The notes under the pieces were generated by a model. It was not told the DNA's origin and ran no database searches. It worked only from the letters and a program-made list of their open reading frames with translations. This document shows positions 19,360 to 29,212 of a stretch of DNA of 32,109 nt, piece after piece. Source of the DNA: Promethearchaeota archaeon. Its GTDB lineage: Archaea; Asgardarchaeota; Lokiarchaeia; Sigyniarchaeales; SOKP01. Position numbers and translations under genes: made by a program. The stretch lies in assembly GCA_011364975.1 (NCBI GenBank), contig RDOE01000038.1, positions 1 to 32,109 on the forward strand, in the 5' to 3' direction. Position 1 is the stretch's first letter. Every line of letters starts with the position of its first letter.

Positions 19360-20634
19360 ATGGGGCAAACAAGAGTTTTTAGTCTTATTTTGGTTTTAAT
19401 AATTTTTGGAACTTTTATAACTGGAGTTAATGTTACACATGTACTCGGGTGCGAAGAAAATTCTCATGAAGATTGTTCTTTAAAAACTTCTTGTTATCAG
19501 CAAGAAAACTTCGCAGAATGGAGAGCTTCTAATGATCAATCATACTTATATATAAGAGCTGATAATTACTATAACTTAGGTCTATTAGAGGGGAAATATT
19601 TAGCATTTCAAATAGCTTGGTTTAAGCTAATTATCATACTTCAAGCACAACAGTTAGGTCTCCCTTATGAATTTGCTTATCAATATGCTGCTGAATATTT
19701 GGAATTCATTCCAGAACATTACATAATTGAAATGCAGGGAATGGCTGACGCGATTGAAACCGTACCAATCTCTTTACATGGTGTTGATTATGAAGTATCG
19801 ATTGATTTCTTAGATATTCTCGTTCAAAATACTTTCTGGGATTTTTATTATGGAAAGATGCTTCCAATTCTCTCTGGATTTCCACAACCTCCCTTAATTG
19901 CAGGATTATGTACTGCTGTAGGATCATTTACAAGTAGAACGCCTATGTTAGCTCAAAATATGGATTTAACTTTCATGATGGTACCCACAACAGCATGGGT
20001 ATTTACTAAGCTTGGAAATAAGCACATCTTTACGTTTAGAATGGGTGCTATGCTTGGTTTAGGAGGAATTAACAAAAGAGGGATAGCAATTTCAGTGAAT
20101 TTAGTCGAAGTTCTAAATGTTGGCTCTAATGGTGTACCATTATCCATACGGTATCGTACTGCATTGGAAACCGCAAAAACAGCCTATGCTGCTAAAAATA
20201 TCATAACATCAAGTGATAACACATTAGGTTGGAATTATATTATTAGAGATAATCGAAGAATATATACTGTTGAAACAATCCCAAACGCTAATGATATTAA
20301 ACTTTTGAGAAGAGGAAAATTTACATTCGATGCAAATGTATATGAGAACGTACTTTTCAAGAGTTTTATGTTGTACCCTTCAAAATATCTCCAACGATAT
20401 GATAAAGTATCTGAATTATGCCAAATTTTAAGTCAAGATAACAATTTAGATAAAAAGGACTTATTTTCAATTATCTCCTATTATGACGGCACAAATGCTA
20501 ATATATTACGACCCTTTGAAACTTATGATGCTTGGGAAGTAGGAACCGCAGGAAGTTTTATGATCGACTCTCAGAATAATATTTATTTTTGGAATTTATC
20601 ACCAAATCTCGATTATGGTTATATCCGCTTATAA
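19360..20634 (+). CDS. Secreted C45-family Ntn-hydrolase (acyl-CoA:6-APA acyltransferase/acid ceramidase-like)
   Basis: N-terminal hydrophobic signal, Y.LG..EG, EMQGMAD, autocleavage site GL|CTAV, AQNMD, GIN..GIAI..N and R.ALE.A. Confidence 0.82.
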   Translation: MGQTRVFSLILVLIIFGTFITGVNVTHVLGCEENSHEDCSLKTSCYQQENFAEWRASNDQSYLYIRADNYYNLGLLEGKYLAFQIAWFKLIIILQAQQLGLPYEFAYQYAAEYLEFIPEHYIIEMQGMADAIETVPISLHGVDYEVSIDFLDILVQNTFWDFYYGKMLPILSGFPQPPLIAGLCTAVGSFTSRTPMLAQNMDLTFMMVPTTAWVFTKLGNKHIFTFRMGAMLGLGGINKRGIAISVNLVEVLNVGSNGVPLSIRYRTALETAKTAYAAKNIITSSDNTLGWNYIIRDNRRIYTVETIPNANDIKLLRRGKFTFDANVYENVLFKSFMLYPSKYLQRYDKVSELCQILSQDNNLDKKDLFSIISYYDGTNANILRPFETYDAWEVGTAGSFMIDSQNNIYFWNLSPNLDYGYIRL

Positions 20635-20795
20635 GTTTCAAAAACCCAAAATTTAACTTTTTTTTATGTATATTTACTATTTTTGAATTCCAGAAAGTTA
20701 ATCTTTGTAAGGAGTAATTATTTTATATGAGATCTCATAAATTATTCTTACAAGAACATAAATTAAGAATTATAATAATTACGAGAATTTTCAAA

Positions 20796-21230
20796 ATGCC
20801 AAGATTAGAAAGAAAAATAGAATTAAATATGCCTGTGACTAAAGTTTATGATGTTTTGAACGATTATATGAGTCTTCCTCTATGGAATATTGTAGTTAAT
20901 GAAATAGAACAATTGGAACCTAAGAAATACTTCCTTAAAACGAATGTAGGTGATGTAACTAATATCGAAATAGAAAATATCCCCAATGAAAGAATGACTT
21001 CAATTCAAGAAGGTAGTCCGATGCAAAAAATTGGCTATATCTTTTCCGCAAAAGGAAACAGTACTGAGGTAACTCTCTGGACTGAATTTGAACTTGAAGA
21101 ACAAAGAGACGTTCTCGGAATGGCTGGTGATCTGTTTTTAAAAAGCCTAAAAGTCTACCTTAATCATCTTGAATCTGGGGGAAAACCAGAAGAGTATAAA
21201 AAATCGTTTAAGGCTATAAAGAATGCATAA
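20796..21230 (+). CDS. SRPBCC / polyketide-cyclase-like (START/Bet v1) protein
   Basis: IELNMPVTKVYDVLNDYMSLPLW N-terminal signature and C-terminal helix LKSLKVYL. ATG at 20796 is preferred to 20727. Confidence 0.8.
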   Translation: MPRLERKIELNMPVTKVYDVLNDYMSLPLWNIVVNEIEQLEPKKYFLKTNVGDVTNIEIENIPNERMTSIQEGSPMQKIGYIFSAKGNSTEVTLWTEFELEEQRDVLGMAGDLFLKSLKVYLNHLESGGKPEEYKKSFKAIKNA

Positions 21231-21295
21231 TAAGTATAAAAAAACACATTATATTGATTTTAGATAAACCCATATAAAACTACACATGACATAAC

Positions 21296-21502
21296 ATGGT
21301 TGACAGGAAATTGATATATGATAGCCTATGCAGTATTATCTGTAGTACTATTTCTATAATTGGATTATTTTATGCTTTTGAATTCGGGATTTCAGGAGAT
21401 CTAGTTTTATTTTGGGTTTCAATTATTACTTGGGTCACTATTCTGATAATTTCGATATCTTTTATGATATGGACCTTAGTAGAATATAATAAAAACCTAT
21501 AA
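21296..21502 (+). CDS. Small two-helix membrane protein
   Basis: 68 aa with two hydrophobic segments. Confidence 0.6.
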   Translation: MVDRKLIYDSLCSIICSTISIIGLFYAFEFGISGDLVLFWVSIITWVTILIISISFMIWTLVEYNKNL

Positions 21503-21553
21503 TCTATTTCTTAACGAAAAAGCCGACAAAAACCTAAGTTTCTGAATAACTAA

Positions 21554-21727
21554 TTACGTTTTTATCTTTTTTAATTGGAAGTAAGTTTGAACAGCGATAG
21601 GATCCTCATTGGTAATTGAATGCTTATTTAGGAAGAGTCTTAACAATTTTAAATCACTTTCGGTGTAATTCAAAGATTTCAAAAAGTCAGAATGACGATA
21701 AATTTCCCAATTAAATTCATCCATCAT
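21554..21727 (-). CDS. Small hypothetical protein, 57 aa (not in the ORF track)
   Basis: MMDEFNWEIYRHSDFLKSLNYTESDLKLLRLFLNKHSITNEDPIAVQTYFQLKKIKT*. Fills an intergenic gap and has protein-like composition. Confidence 0.5.
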   Translation of the reverse strand: MMDEFNWEIYRHSDFLKSLNYTESDLKLLRLFLNKHSITNEDPIAVQTYFQLKKIKT

Positions 21728-21960
21728 GATAAAAATATCGAACTATTAAATTATAAAATAAAAGACTATATCAATTTTCTAAAACCTTCTGGTATAATTA
21801 AAATGAAAATAATAACACAACGAATAGTTTAATTTTATTCCTACTTTTTCCTATAAAAACAAGTATATACGAAGTTAATAGTTTAAAATTCCATCATTTT
21901 TATCTACTACTTAAAAAATAGATTCATATTAGAGTATATTTACAAGTTGTGGTTGTTAAA

Positions 21961-23433
21961 ATGACAGAAAATCACATTATAGAGATGTTTTTACATCCTA
22001 AGTCCGTTGCAGTTATTGGTGCTTCTAAAAATCCCTTAAAGGGTGGGTATCGAATTGTAACAAATTTAATCTCTAATAATTTTAAAGGTAGGGTTTACCT
22101 TGTAAACCCCAATACTGAAGGTGAGTTATATAAGCTAAAATTTCATAAATCCGTACTAGATATCAAAGAAGAGGTTGAAATAGCAATATTTTATGTTCCT
22201 AACCATACAATTCCTGAGTTATTGAAAGAATGTATTCAAAAAGGTATAAAAGGAGCGATAATTGAGGCCTCTGGATTTGAAGAAGTTGGAGAAAAGGGAA
22301 TGGTGTTAAAAGATCGAATTTTAGATATTACACAGAATTTTTCTCGAATAAGAATTGTAGGCCCAAATTGTATGGGCTTGAGTACAATAGAAGGAGACAG
22401 TGATACTGAAAATAAGAGTGGTTTTTTTTCGGGTTTTGGTGTTTTTTCGAAATATAAACGAGGAAATATTGCCATTATAAGTCAATCAGGTATGCTAAAT
22501 GGGGGATATCTTATGCATGAAATAACTCAGCATCCTGAAATGGGGTTAAGGTATTCCTGCTCTATTGGTAACAAAATGGATATAGGGGAGATTGAATTCA
22601 TGGAATATCTCATTGAAGATCCAACAGTAAATGTCATTGCTTTATATCTTGAATCATTCAAAAATCCAAGAAAATTTATTTATTTATGTAATTTGGTAAG
22701 AAAGCTCCCTAATAAAACCATCATCTTAGTTAAAGGGGGATTAACACCCTTAGGGCAAAAAGCAACACTTAGCCATACCGGTTCATTAGCTGAAGATGCT
22801 AATTTGATAAAGGCGATTATAAAGCAGTCTGGAATAATTCAAGCGAATAGTTTTTACGAAATGTTCCAATATGCTCAAACCTTTTCTATGTTTTATAACT
22901 CTAAAAAAAAGTTACCTAAAGAAGGCAAAGCTGCATTTATAGCAGGTTCAGGAGGTGCTGGTACAATTACAGCAGATCTTACGATGAAATATGGTTTGAA
23001 GTTTCCAGAATTTAGCAATGAGACCTATAAAATACTTATAGACGTGTTTCCAGAATGGATGCCTCCAAACCGATTTGCATTTGTAGATATCTGGCCTGCA
23101 ATGGAAAAAGCTATGATGAATAAGATCAAACCAGATGTTATTATGAAAAAAGTTTATGAAGCTGTCCTTAACGACCCTGAAATTGAAGGACTCTTTAATA
23201 TGATGTTTTGTTCTCGCCAATTTAAAGCGATGAATGATTTTGAAGATATTGCAAAATCGGTTCAAGCTACAGACAAACCGATATTTTTTTGGCTTATAGG
23301 TGAAGCAAAAGAAGTAAAAAAAACCTCAAATTTGCTAGCCAAATACAACATACCTAATTTTCCGAGTTTAGAGGATATGGTAAAAAATTTTAGGGTTCTC
23401 TTCCAAGAATCCATGAATAAACAACGAAAATAA
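21961..23433 (+). CDS. NDP-forming acyl-CoA synthetase alpha subunit (acetate-CoA ligase family)
   Basis: PKSVAVIGAS, GF.EVG, GPNCMG, ISQSG, SIGNK.D, YLES, phospho-His motif SHTGSLA and GSGGAG. No ATP-grasp domain is fused. Confidence 0.9.
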   Translation: MTENHIIEMFLHPKSVAVIGASKNPLKGGYRIVTNLISNNFKGRVYLVNPNTEGELYKLKFHKSVLDIKEEVEIAIFYVPNHTIPELLKECIQKGIKGAIIEASGFEEVGEKGMVLKDRILDITQNFSRIRIVGPNCMGLSTIEGDSDTENKSGFFSGFGVFSKYKRGNIAIISQSGMLNGGYLMHEITQHPEMGLRYSCSIGNKMDIGEIEFMEYLIEDPTVNVIALYLESFKNPRKFIYLCNLVRKLPNKTIILVKGGLTPLGQKATLSHTGSLAEDANLIKAIIKQSGIIQANSFYEMFQYAQTFSMFYNSKKKLPKEGKAAFIAGSGGAGTITADLTMKYGLKFPEFSNETYKILIDVFPEWMPPNRFAFVDIWPAMEKAMMNKIKPDVIMKKVYEAVLNDPEIEGLFNMMFCSRQFKAMNDFEDIAKSVQATDKPIFFWLIGEAKEVKKTSNLLAKYNIPNFPSLEDMVKNFRVLFQESMNKQRK

Positions 23434-23469
23434 TAACTCACCTAATCAAATGGAAAAAAAAGTGTTAAT

Positions 23470-24189
23470 TTATTTGTTATAATTCAATTTTTCCTGTTTC
23501 CAAGCTCCATATCCTTGTATTAAAAAGCATACTAAAAATAAATAATGAACCATTTTCTGCAAGCTTACTTGGATTATAAGTCCTTCTGTAGTTATAGATT
23601 TTGGTAACTTGAGAAGTATAATAGTATAGATTATCGCAAACGAAAATAATGTGAGATATATATACGCATAAATGTTAGGATATTCTCTATTATATAATAT
23701 TGCAAGAGTATAAAAAAATATAACAACGACCCCAGTGAGATTAAACAAGTTTGAAAAAATTAAATGGGCGCTGGTAAAGATGTCCCAAGGAGTAAAAATT
23801 CCTGCTATAAAAAAGGATATGCATATTATTCCTAATAAAGAACCTATTTTACTTAGCAGAAATTGTTTTTTGTCTAGTCTAAAGAAACCTGGTATTGCAA
23901 AACTAAATGGGAAAAAGGAAAAACTCAAAATCAATGCAGTAATTGTGAATATTGAAAAAGATATGATATTAGAATCTCCAGAAAGAGCAATAACTCGTCC
24001 TAAATCACTGAAAAAATTTCCCCAGAAAACATAACCAGGACTTGAAGGATCAGTAAGCGTACCTCCAGCGTAAAATAACATTGCGATTATTGTAAGAATA
24101 ATATACTGGGTAGGACCGATAATCATTAGTATAAATGCATTTTTCCTCCAATTCTTTAACTTCATCATATTCATTATATTTTTCACCAA
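23470..24189 (-). CDS. Membrane protein, DUF998-like
   Basis: YAGGT...GY.FW.NFFSDLG, GIF.P.D....H and LQK motifs; about six TM segments. Confidence 0.65.
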   Translation of the reverse strand: MVKNIMNMMKLKNWRKNAFILMIIGPTQYIILTIIAMLFYAGGTLTDPSSPGYVFWGNFFSDLGRVIALSGDSNIISFSIFTITALILSFSFFPFSFAIPGFFRLDKKQFLLSKIGSLLGIICISFFIAGIFTPWDIFTSAHLIFSNLFNLTGVVVIFFYTLAILYNREYPNIYAYIYLTLFSFAIIYTIILLKLPKSITTEGLIIQVSLQKMVHYLFLVCFLIQGYGAWKQEKLNYNK

Positions 24190-24310
24190 AATTATAATAT
24201 TATTACTTTTTACTAATTAAGGTTTAAAAAGCTCGAATAAAAGTTAAATAAAAACAAAAAAAAGATAGGTTTTAATTATTATTTTAAAATGAATTAGGGA
24301 ACATCTCTAG

Positions 24311-25162
24311 TTGATTATTATGAAAAAGCAAAATAAAAAAACATGGAAATTAGCTCTCATAGTGGTTAATTTGATAGCCATACTTTTATGGACCTTATTA
24401 TATTATTTCACTTGGGACGTGGTAATAATTACGGTCACTACTTTTCCATTTGCAGACTGGTTTGCAGTAATTAGCATAGCAAGAGTAATTCTTATTGTTG
24501 CAATGAGTTCCTTCTTATATCATCGGTGGTTCAAGCAAGAAGAGATTTACCTTTTTGATGCATTTTTTCTTTTTGCTAGCTTTTTTCTTATTCTGGGGCA
24601 TGGTAAAATATATGACTTTATCTATGCCATCTTCTATGGAACAGGGACTTTCTCACTTGAGTTTACTCTGTTTTTAGTGAAGATGAGATATGTTTTAGTT
24701 GTCTTAATGGCACTTACAATTCTATTTATTGGAACAGATGCGTCCATAATTTTATATGAACTAAGACGTGATAAGGAACTTACAAAAGAGGGACGAAGTA
24801 AGGCCAAAAAGTGGATTATTGGTATCTATATAACAACATCCGGATTATTTATAGCTCTTTCTCCCTCCTCAGAAATGCTTTCTGCAGTTCTACCGTATCT
24901 TATGATTTTTATTTACTTAATATGTGCGATTATGTTTTTCTTCATGTATCGCAACAAGAGATTAAGTAAAGTGCATGGATTTATTGTGGGAATAGGCTTT
25001 CTCATATTTGTTGCTACAAACCTTATAAGATCTATTCTTACCGCTCGCGCCTATCAAGATTATAATGCAATATGGCTTTTCTGGTCTCAAGTATTCGATA
25101 TGATATCAAATATCGTAATTTTTCTTGGCTTTCTTGTTAAACCTTCATTCGCAAAAAAATAG
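24311..25162 (+). CDS. Multi-pass (7-8 TM) membrane protein of unknown function
   Basis: Eight hydrophobic segments separated by short basic loops; no soluble output domain. Confidence 0.7.
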   Translation: MIIMKKQNKKTWKLALIVVNLIAILLWTLLYYFTWDVVIITVTTFPFADWFAVISIARVILIVAMSSFLYHRWFKQEEIYLFDAFFLFASFFLILGHGKIYDFIYAIFYGTGTFSLEFTLFLVKMRYVLVVLMALTILFIGTDASIILYELRRDKELTKEGRSKAKKWIIGIYITTSGLFIALSPSSEMLSAVLPYLMIFIYLICAIMFFFMYRNKRLSKVHGFIVGIGFLIFVATNLIRSILTARAYQDYNAIWLFWSQVFDMISNIVIFLGFLVKPSFAKK

Positions 25163-25382
25163 AGATTATAATTTTTCAATTTTTCTTTTCTTTTCTATTA
25201 AATCTTTAAATTTCATAGGTTTTTAATCTTCACTCTTAATATCTAGAAAGCTTGAATAATCGTAAAGGTTTATGAGACTAAAAAATAATAATAATTCCAC
25301 AAACTGGTCTCTAAATCATTAATAAGCATATTATAATTTTCTTATAATATAAAGCAATCAATAAATTTAAAAAGTGTTGCAA

Positions 25383-25544
25383 ATGAAAAATGATCCTATA
25401 AAATTGAATCGCAATGAGTGGGAATTATTAAAGGAATTTCAAAAAGCTCCTTTTAAAAAGAGATTTAGCGAAATTTTAGAACAAGAAAGAAATTTACAAG
25501 CAGAGATTAAGAAAGAATTACAAGAAACAATAATTAATTTCTAA
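25383..25544 (+). CDS. Small hypothetical protein, 53 aa, helical/coiled-coil (not in the ORF track)
   Basis: MKNDPIKLNRNEWELLKEFQKAPFKKRFSEILEQERNLQAEIKKELQETIINF*. Confidence 0.55.
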   Translation: MKNDPIKLNRNEWELLKEFQKAPFKKRFSEILEQERNLQAEIKKELQETIINF

Positions 25545-25738
25545 AATGTAATTATTTTGTCTGAATCAGCCTTGTATACTAAAAATTTCTAATCGTCGTG
25601 ATAGTACAATTTCTAATTATTCATATCTAAAAATTTAAAAAATCCTAATTTATTTTTATAGAAGGAATCGAGTAATTAACTTTTAAAATCAGGGAGTAGA
25701 TTTTATAGTATTTTAAACTAACCTGGAAACTGAGGCTT

Positions 25739-27112
25739 ATGGTTTATTTTCTAATTAAGAGTTTAGGATATAACTGCGGTTATATACAGAATAATTGTTC
25801 TTCTAATTCTAAATCTTGTGAAGATTGTGTTAGAAGCCGATTAAAAGAGATGGGATTTGAACTAGCCCCTAATTTTGAGATTTTTCAGATTGAATCACAA
25901 GAAAGAGATTTAAAAGTGGAACAAGAACAAATCTGGCAGAAATTCTTAAATGTGTTGAATATTAAACATATACTGATAATAGATAAAGAATCGGGATTAA
26001 CATTACTTAATTATGCGGTTTCTGGGGTTGATATAGATGCGAATTTGCTAAGTGGATTTATTCAAGCAAATATCTCTTTTTCGGAGTCAGAAAATGTAGT
26101 AAATCATAAAAATAATACATTTTTTGAATTTCAATTCTATGAATTCCAATATAGGAATTTTAATATATTACTAAAAGATGGTAGTATTGTTCGTATATGT
26201 TTTATTCTTGATAGCAAAGCTTCAGATGAATTGAAAAAAAATATGTTTCAATTTTTAGAGATGTTTGAAACTCGTTATCATGATGAACTTCTACAATTTC
26301 GTGAAACTGGTCGGATTGATTTTGAGGAAATGATAGAAGATATAGTTGAATCTTTTAATATTCATCTAGTTTTTCCGATGACTATCGCACATTCAATTCC
26401 ACCTTATGAATTAGAATATATAAAACAGAACTTAATCCAAAAAGCGATTTTTAATTTAGCAAAAGAATTACTTAACTCAAAACCATTTTTCTTTATCAAT
26501 AATATGCTCCATAGACTCAAAAAGATTGTACAAATTGAAGATTCAATCGTTCTTTTTAACATTTTTCAACTCTTGGAAAAAAAAATTATAATTCCTACAC
26601 CTTTAGAAACTATTGCATCAAATGTTGAAGTGTTAAATAGTACAGCACATCAAAAAGATACAAAAATTAAACCGTTGTCTTCTATAATTATAAATGAAGA
26701 AGATGGTGATGACATTAAAACTCAATTAGAAAATCTTAGTAAAGATGCTGCTAAAAAAGTGATGAAGACTTTCATTAAAAAAGCTAAAAATGCAGAAAAA
26801 GATCTAGCCTATCAAATCTCTAAAAGTCAATATGGGAAAGCGTTAATTATAGCTAAGGAATTCGGTTTTACAGAGGATTCAAGGAAGATTACCGAGTATC
26901 TTTTTAATCTCGATCGTCGATCAAAACAAATTGAACTTGAATTTATAATAGAAATGGCCGAAAATACAGAAAAAAAGGGAGATTTAATTAATAGCATAAA
27001 TAATTATCAAAAAGCATTGAAAATTATTGAAGGATTTTTAGTCTATAATATTATTGATCCACGAGCTAAAAAATTTAAAAGGAAAATTCAAAAACTCCGA
27101 GAGTTAGTATAA
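25739..27112 (+). CDS. Longin/roadblock-like domain protein with Cys-rich N-terminus and TPR-like C-terminus
   Basis: HILIIDKESGLTLL...DANLLSGFIQA..SF...Y.NF.ILL..G..VR.CFIL is the pattern of Asgard longin-like domains. C-terminal helical hairpins (Y.KAL.I, twice). Confidence 0.6.
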   Translation: MVYFLIKSLGYNCGYIQNNCSSNSKSCEDCVRSRLKEMGFELAPNFEIFQIESQERDLKVEQEQIWQKFLNVLNIKHILIIDKESGLTLLNYAVSGVDIDANLLSGFIQANISFSESENVVNHKNNTFFEFQFYEFQYRNFNILLKDGSIVRICFILDSKASDELKKNMFQFLEMFETRYHDELLQFRETGRIDFEEMIEDIVESFNIHLVFPMTIAHSIPPYELEYIKQNLIQKAIFNLAKELLNSKPFFFINNMLHRLKKIVQIEDSIVLFNIFQLLEKKIIIPTPLETIASNVEVLNSTAHQKDTKIKPLSSIIINEEDGDDIKTQLENLSKDAAKKVMKTFIKKAKNAEKDLAYQISKSQYGKALIIAKEFGFTEDSRKITEYLFNLDRRSKQIELEFIIEMAENTEKKGDLINSINNYQKALKIIEGFLVYNIIDPRAKKFKRKIQKLRELV

Positions 27113-27299
27113 TTGAAAAAAATATTTAAATAAAGTGCTTTTAATAGGGTTTTCTATTATTTTAAATTAGCTCTTTATTAACTATTGGTAAATTTAAATA
27201 CTTATTTAAATATAAATTTGTAATATAACTCTTAAAAATAATATTCTTTATCTATTTTGATAATTACCTTAAACCCTTAAGGATGATGTGAATTAATTA

Positions 27300-27779
27300 T
27301 TGGCAAAATGTTATTATTGCAAAAAATTTATCGAAGGATTATCATTTAGTTGTAGGTTTTGTGAGATGACTTTTTGCTCAGTTCATAGATTACCTGAAAA
27401 CCATAAATGTCCTTTCGATCTTAAAGATATTCATAAAAAGATTTATTATCAAGATGCTTTAGATTTCATGAATGAAAAATTAACGGTTGCTATTATTTTT
27501 GAACAATTAACAAAGAAAGAATTAAATAAATTTGAAACAATTAAACTTTTAGATGGTATAATAGAAGTTAGTGAAAGTCCTGAAGAGCGTATTGCAGCAT
27601 TAAATGCCTTTAAAGTACTTAATATTAAAAATGAAGAAGTGTACCATATTTTAGAAAATTGTATCCTTTCAGATGAATCTTATGAAATAAAACACCAAGC
27701 AGAAGAAGTAACCAAGAATCTTTTTCCCAAAGAATATAAAAAATTATTAAGGCGCATCCAAAAAAGTCCAACAGATTAA
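27300..27779 (+). CDS. AN1-type zinc finger fused to HEAT-like repeats
   Basis: CYYC...F.CRFC...FC..HRLPENH.C (AN1 signature), followed by ERIAALNA and LENCILSDESYEIK..A HEAT-like segments. Confidence 0.85.
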   Translation: MAKCYYCKKFIEGLSFSCRFCEMTFCSVHRLPENHKCPFDLKDIHKKIYYQDALDFMNEKLTVAIIFEQLTKKELNKFETIKLLDGIIEVSESPEERIAALNAFKVLNIKNEEVYHILENCILSDESYEIKHQAEEVTKNLFPKEYKKLLRRIQKSPTD

Positions 27780-27808
27780 ACCTTTAAAAACTAAGATATT
27801 ATTGTAGT

Positions 27809-28321
27809 CTAAAAATTGATTTTTTTAATACTTGCATTAAGATGAGATCCTATCTCTAGAATAGCTATTGAAGCTTGGGAATTGATTGAATGGGACTCTA
27901 TATACCCCTTACCTGGATTTATTAATAATAACTGCTTCCTCACTAAGATTTTTGGATCATGGGTATGACCAAAAAAGATAACCCTTACCTTATCTTCTTT
28001 AAATTCTTTAATTATCTTCCTTAATAAAGATGAGTCTGGACCACCATAATAAGGATGGATGATCCCCATCTTTATGTTTGAAATTTCGATAACCTCCTTT
28101 GCTAAAACCATATTTCTTATACATAAAGGATCTGCATTGCCATAAACGCCTTTAAAATACTCCTTCTTTAACTTGAAGAATCCATTAAGGATATCCTCAG
28201 ATATATAATCCCCAACATGAATAATCCAATCAGAATTTTGACAAGATTCAATAATTTGGTGAGGTATATCCTCAAAAGAGAAAGCATGTGTATCTCCAAC
28301 AATAGTTATTCTAATACTCAA
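27809..28321 (-). CDS. YfcE/MJ0936 (Vps29-like) metallophosphoesterase
   Basis: GDTH, HVGD, GNAD, FGHTH and NPG motifs. Confidence 0.9.
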   Translation of the reverse strand: MSIRITIVGDTHAFSFEDIPHQIIESCQNSDWIIHVGDYISEDILNGFFKLKKEYFKGVYGNADPLCIRNMVLAKEVIEISNIKMGIIHPYYGGPDSSLLRKIIKEFKEDKVRVIFFGHTHDPKILVRKQLLLINPGKGYIESHSINSQASIAILEIGSHLNASIKKINF

Positions 28322-28569
28322 AATCTTATCTCATAAAGGTTAATTTACTTTTACATATTCTATTACTCTATAAGAAGATTATGTACTTATGATCTTGGAA
28401 ATAAGGTAATTTTTTGAGATTAGTGGGTTATAAAAATATTGAATCTTGTCAATATATCTAAATTGAACTTGTGTTTAAAACAAAGTAAAGCTTTATTACA
28501 TTCGATTATTACACAAGATAAATTACTTTATAATTTTTTAAATTCTAAATAAGACTGATTATAGTACCT

Positions 28570-29079
28570 ATGGAAAAAACTGTGAAAATTATTGTCTCTG
28601 GAGATGGTGGGGTCGGAAAAACCTCTTTTTTAAACCGATTGGTTTTTGATACTTTTAATGCTAAGAATGAATTAACTCGGGGGGTAGATTTTTATTCAAA
28701 GACTATACTTGTCAATAATACCGAAATCAATTTTATACTGTGGGATTTTGCGGGACAAGACCAATTCAAAGATATTTTAGATCGTTTTGTCGATGGGTCA
28801 TTAGCTGCTATTATCTTATTTGATCTTACTCGTATAAGCAGTATTGAAAATCTTCAAGAATGGATTTATAAGCTAAAAGAATTAGGTAAAATCCCTATTT
28901 TATTACTTGGAACTAAATCAGATTTAATAGATAAAGAAATGTTATCTCCGATAGATGATTTTATTAATGACATTAAAAATGAACATCCTAATATAATCCA
29001 TTATTTAAAAATATCATCAAAAAATGGAGAAAATGTAAAGGATGCTTTTAATTTATTAATTGAAGATATTTCGAAATAG
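28570..29079 (+). CDS. Rab-like small GTPase
   Basis: G1 GDGGVGKT, G2 LTRGVDF, G3 WDFAGQ, G4 TKSD and G5 SSK. No C-terminal prenylation Cys. Confidence 0.92.
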   Translation: MEKTVKIIVSGDGGVGKTSFLNRLVFDTFNAKNELTRGVDFYSKTILVNNTEINFILWDFAGQDQFKDILDRFVDGSLAAIILFDLTRISSIENLQEWIYKLKELGKIPILLLGTKSDLIDKEMLSPIDDFINDIKNEHPNIIHYLKISSKNGENVKDAFNLLIEDISK

Positions 29080-29212
29080 TATGAGTTTAATTCTTAATTA
29101 TAAAACGATTAAACGTAGACTTTAAGCAAATAATTATAGCTGTCTATATGGTGTTAATAATTTTGAGGATTTTACTAAAATAAATCACTTTTTTTACATT
29201 TAGCTAGTAATA

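Noticed and set aside
14862-24034. Alternative-frame or antisense ORFs (14862-15053, 16264-16530, 19706-19927, 19953-20147, 22236-22475, 22948-23265, 23735-24034)
   Set aside because: Fully nested in better-supported CDSs, with no motifs.
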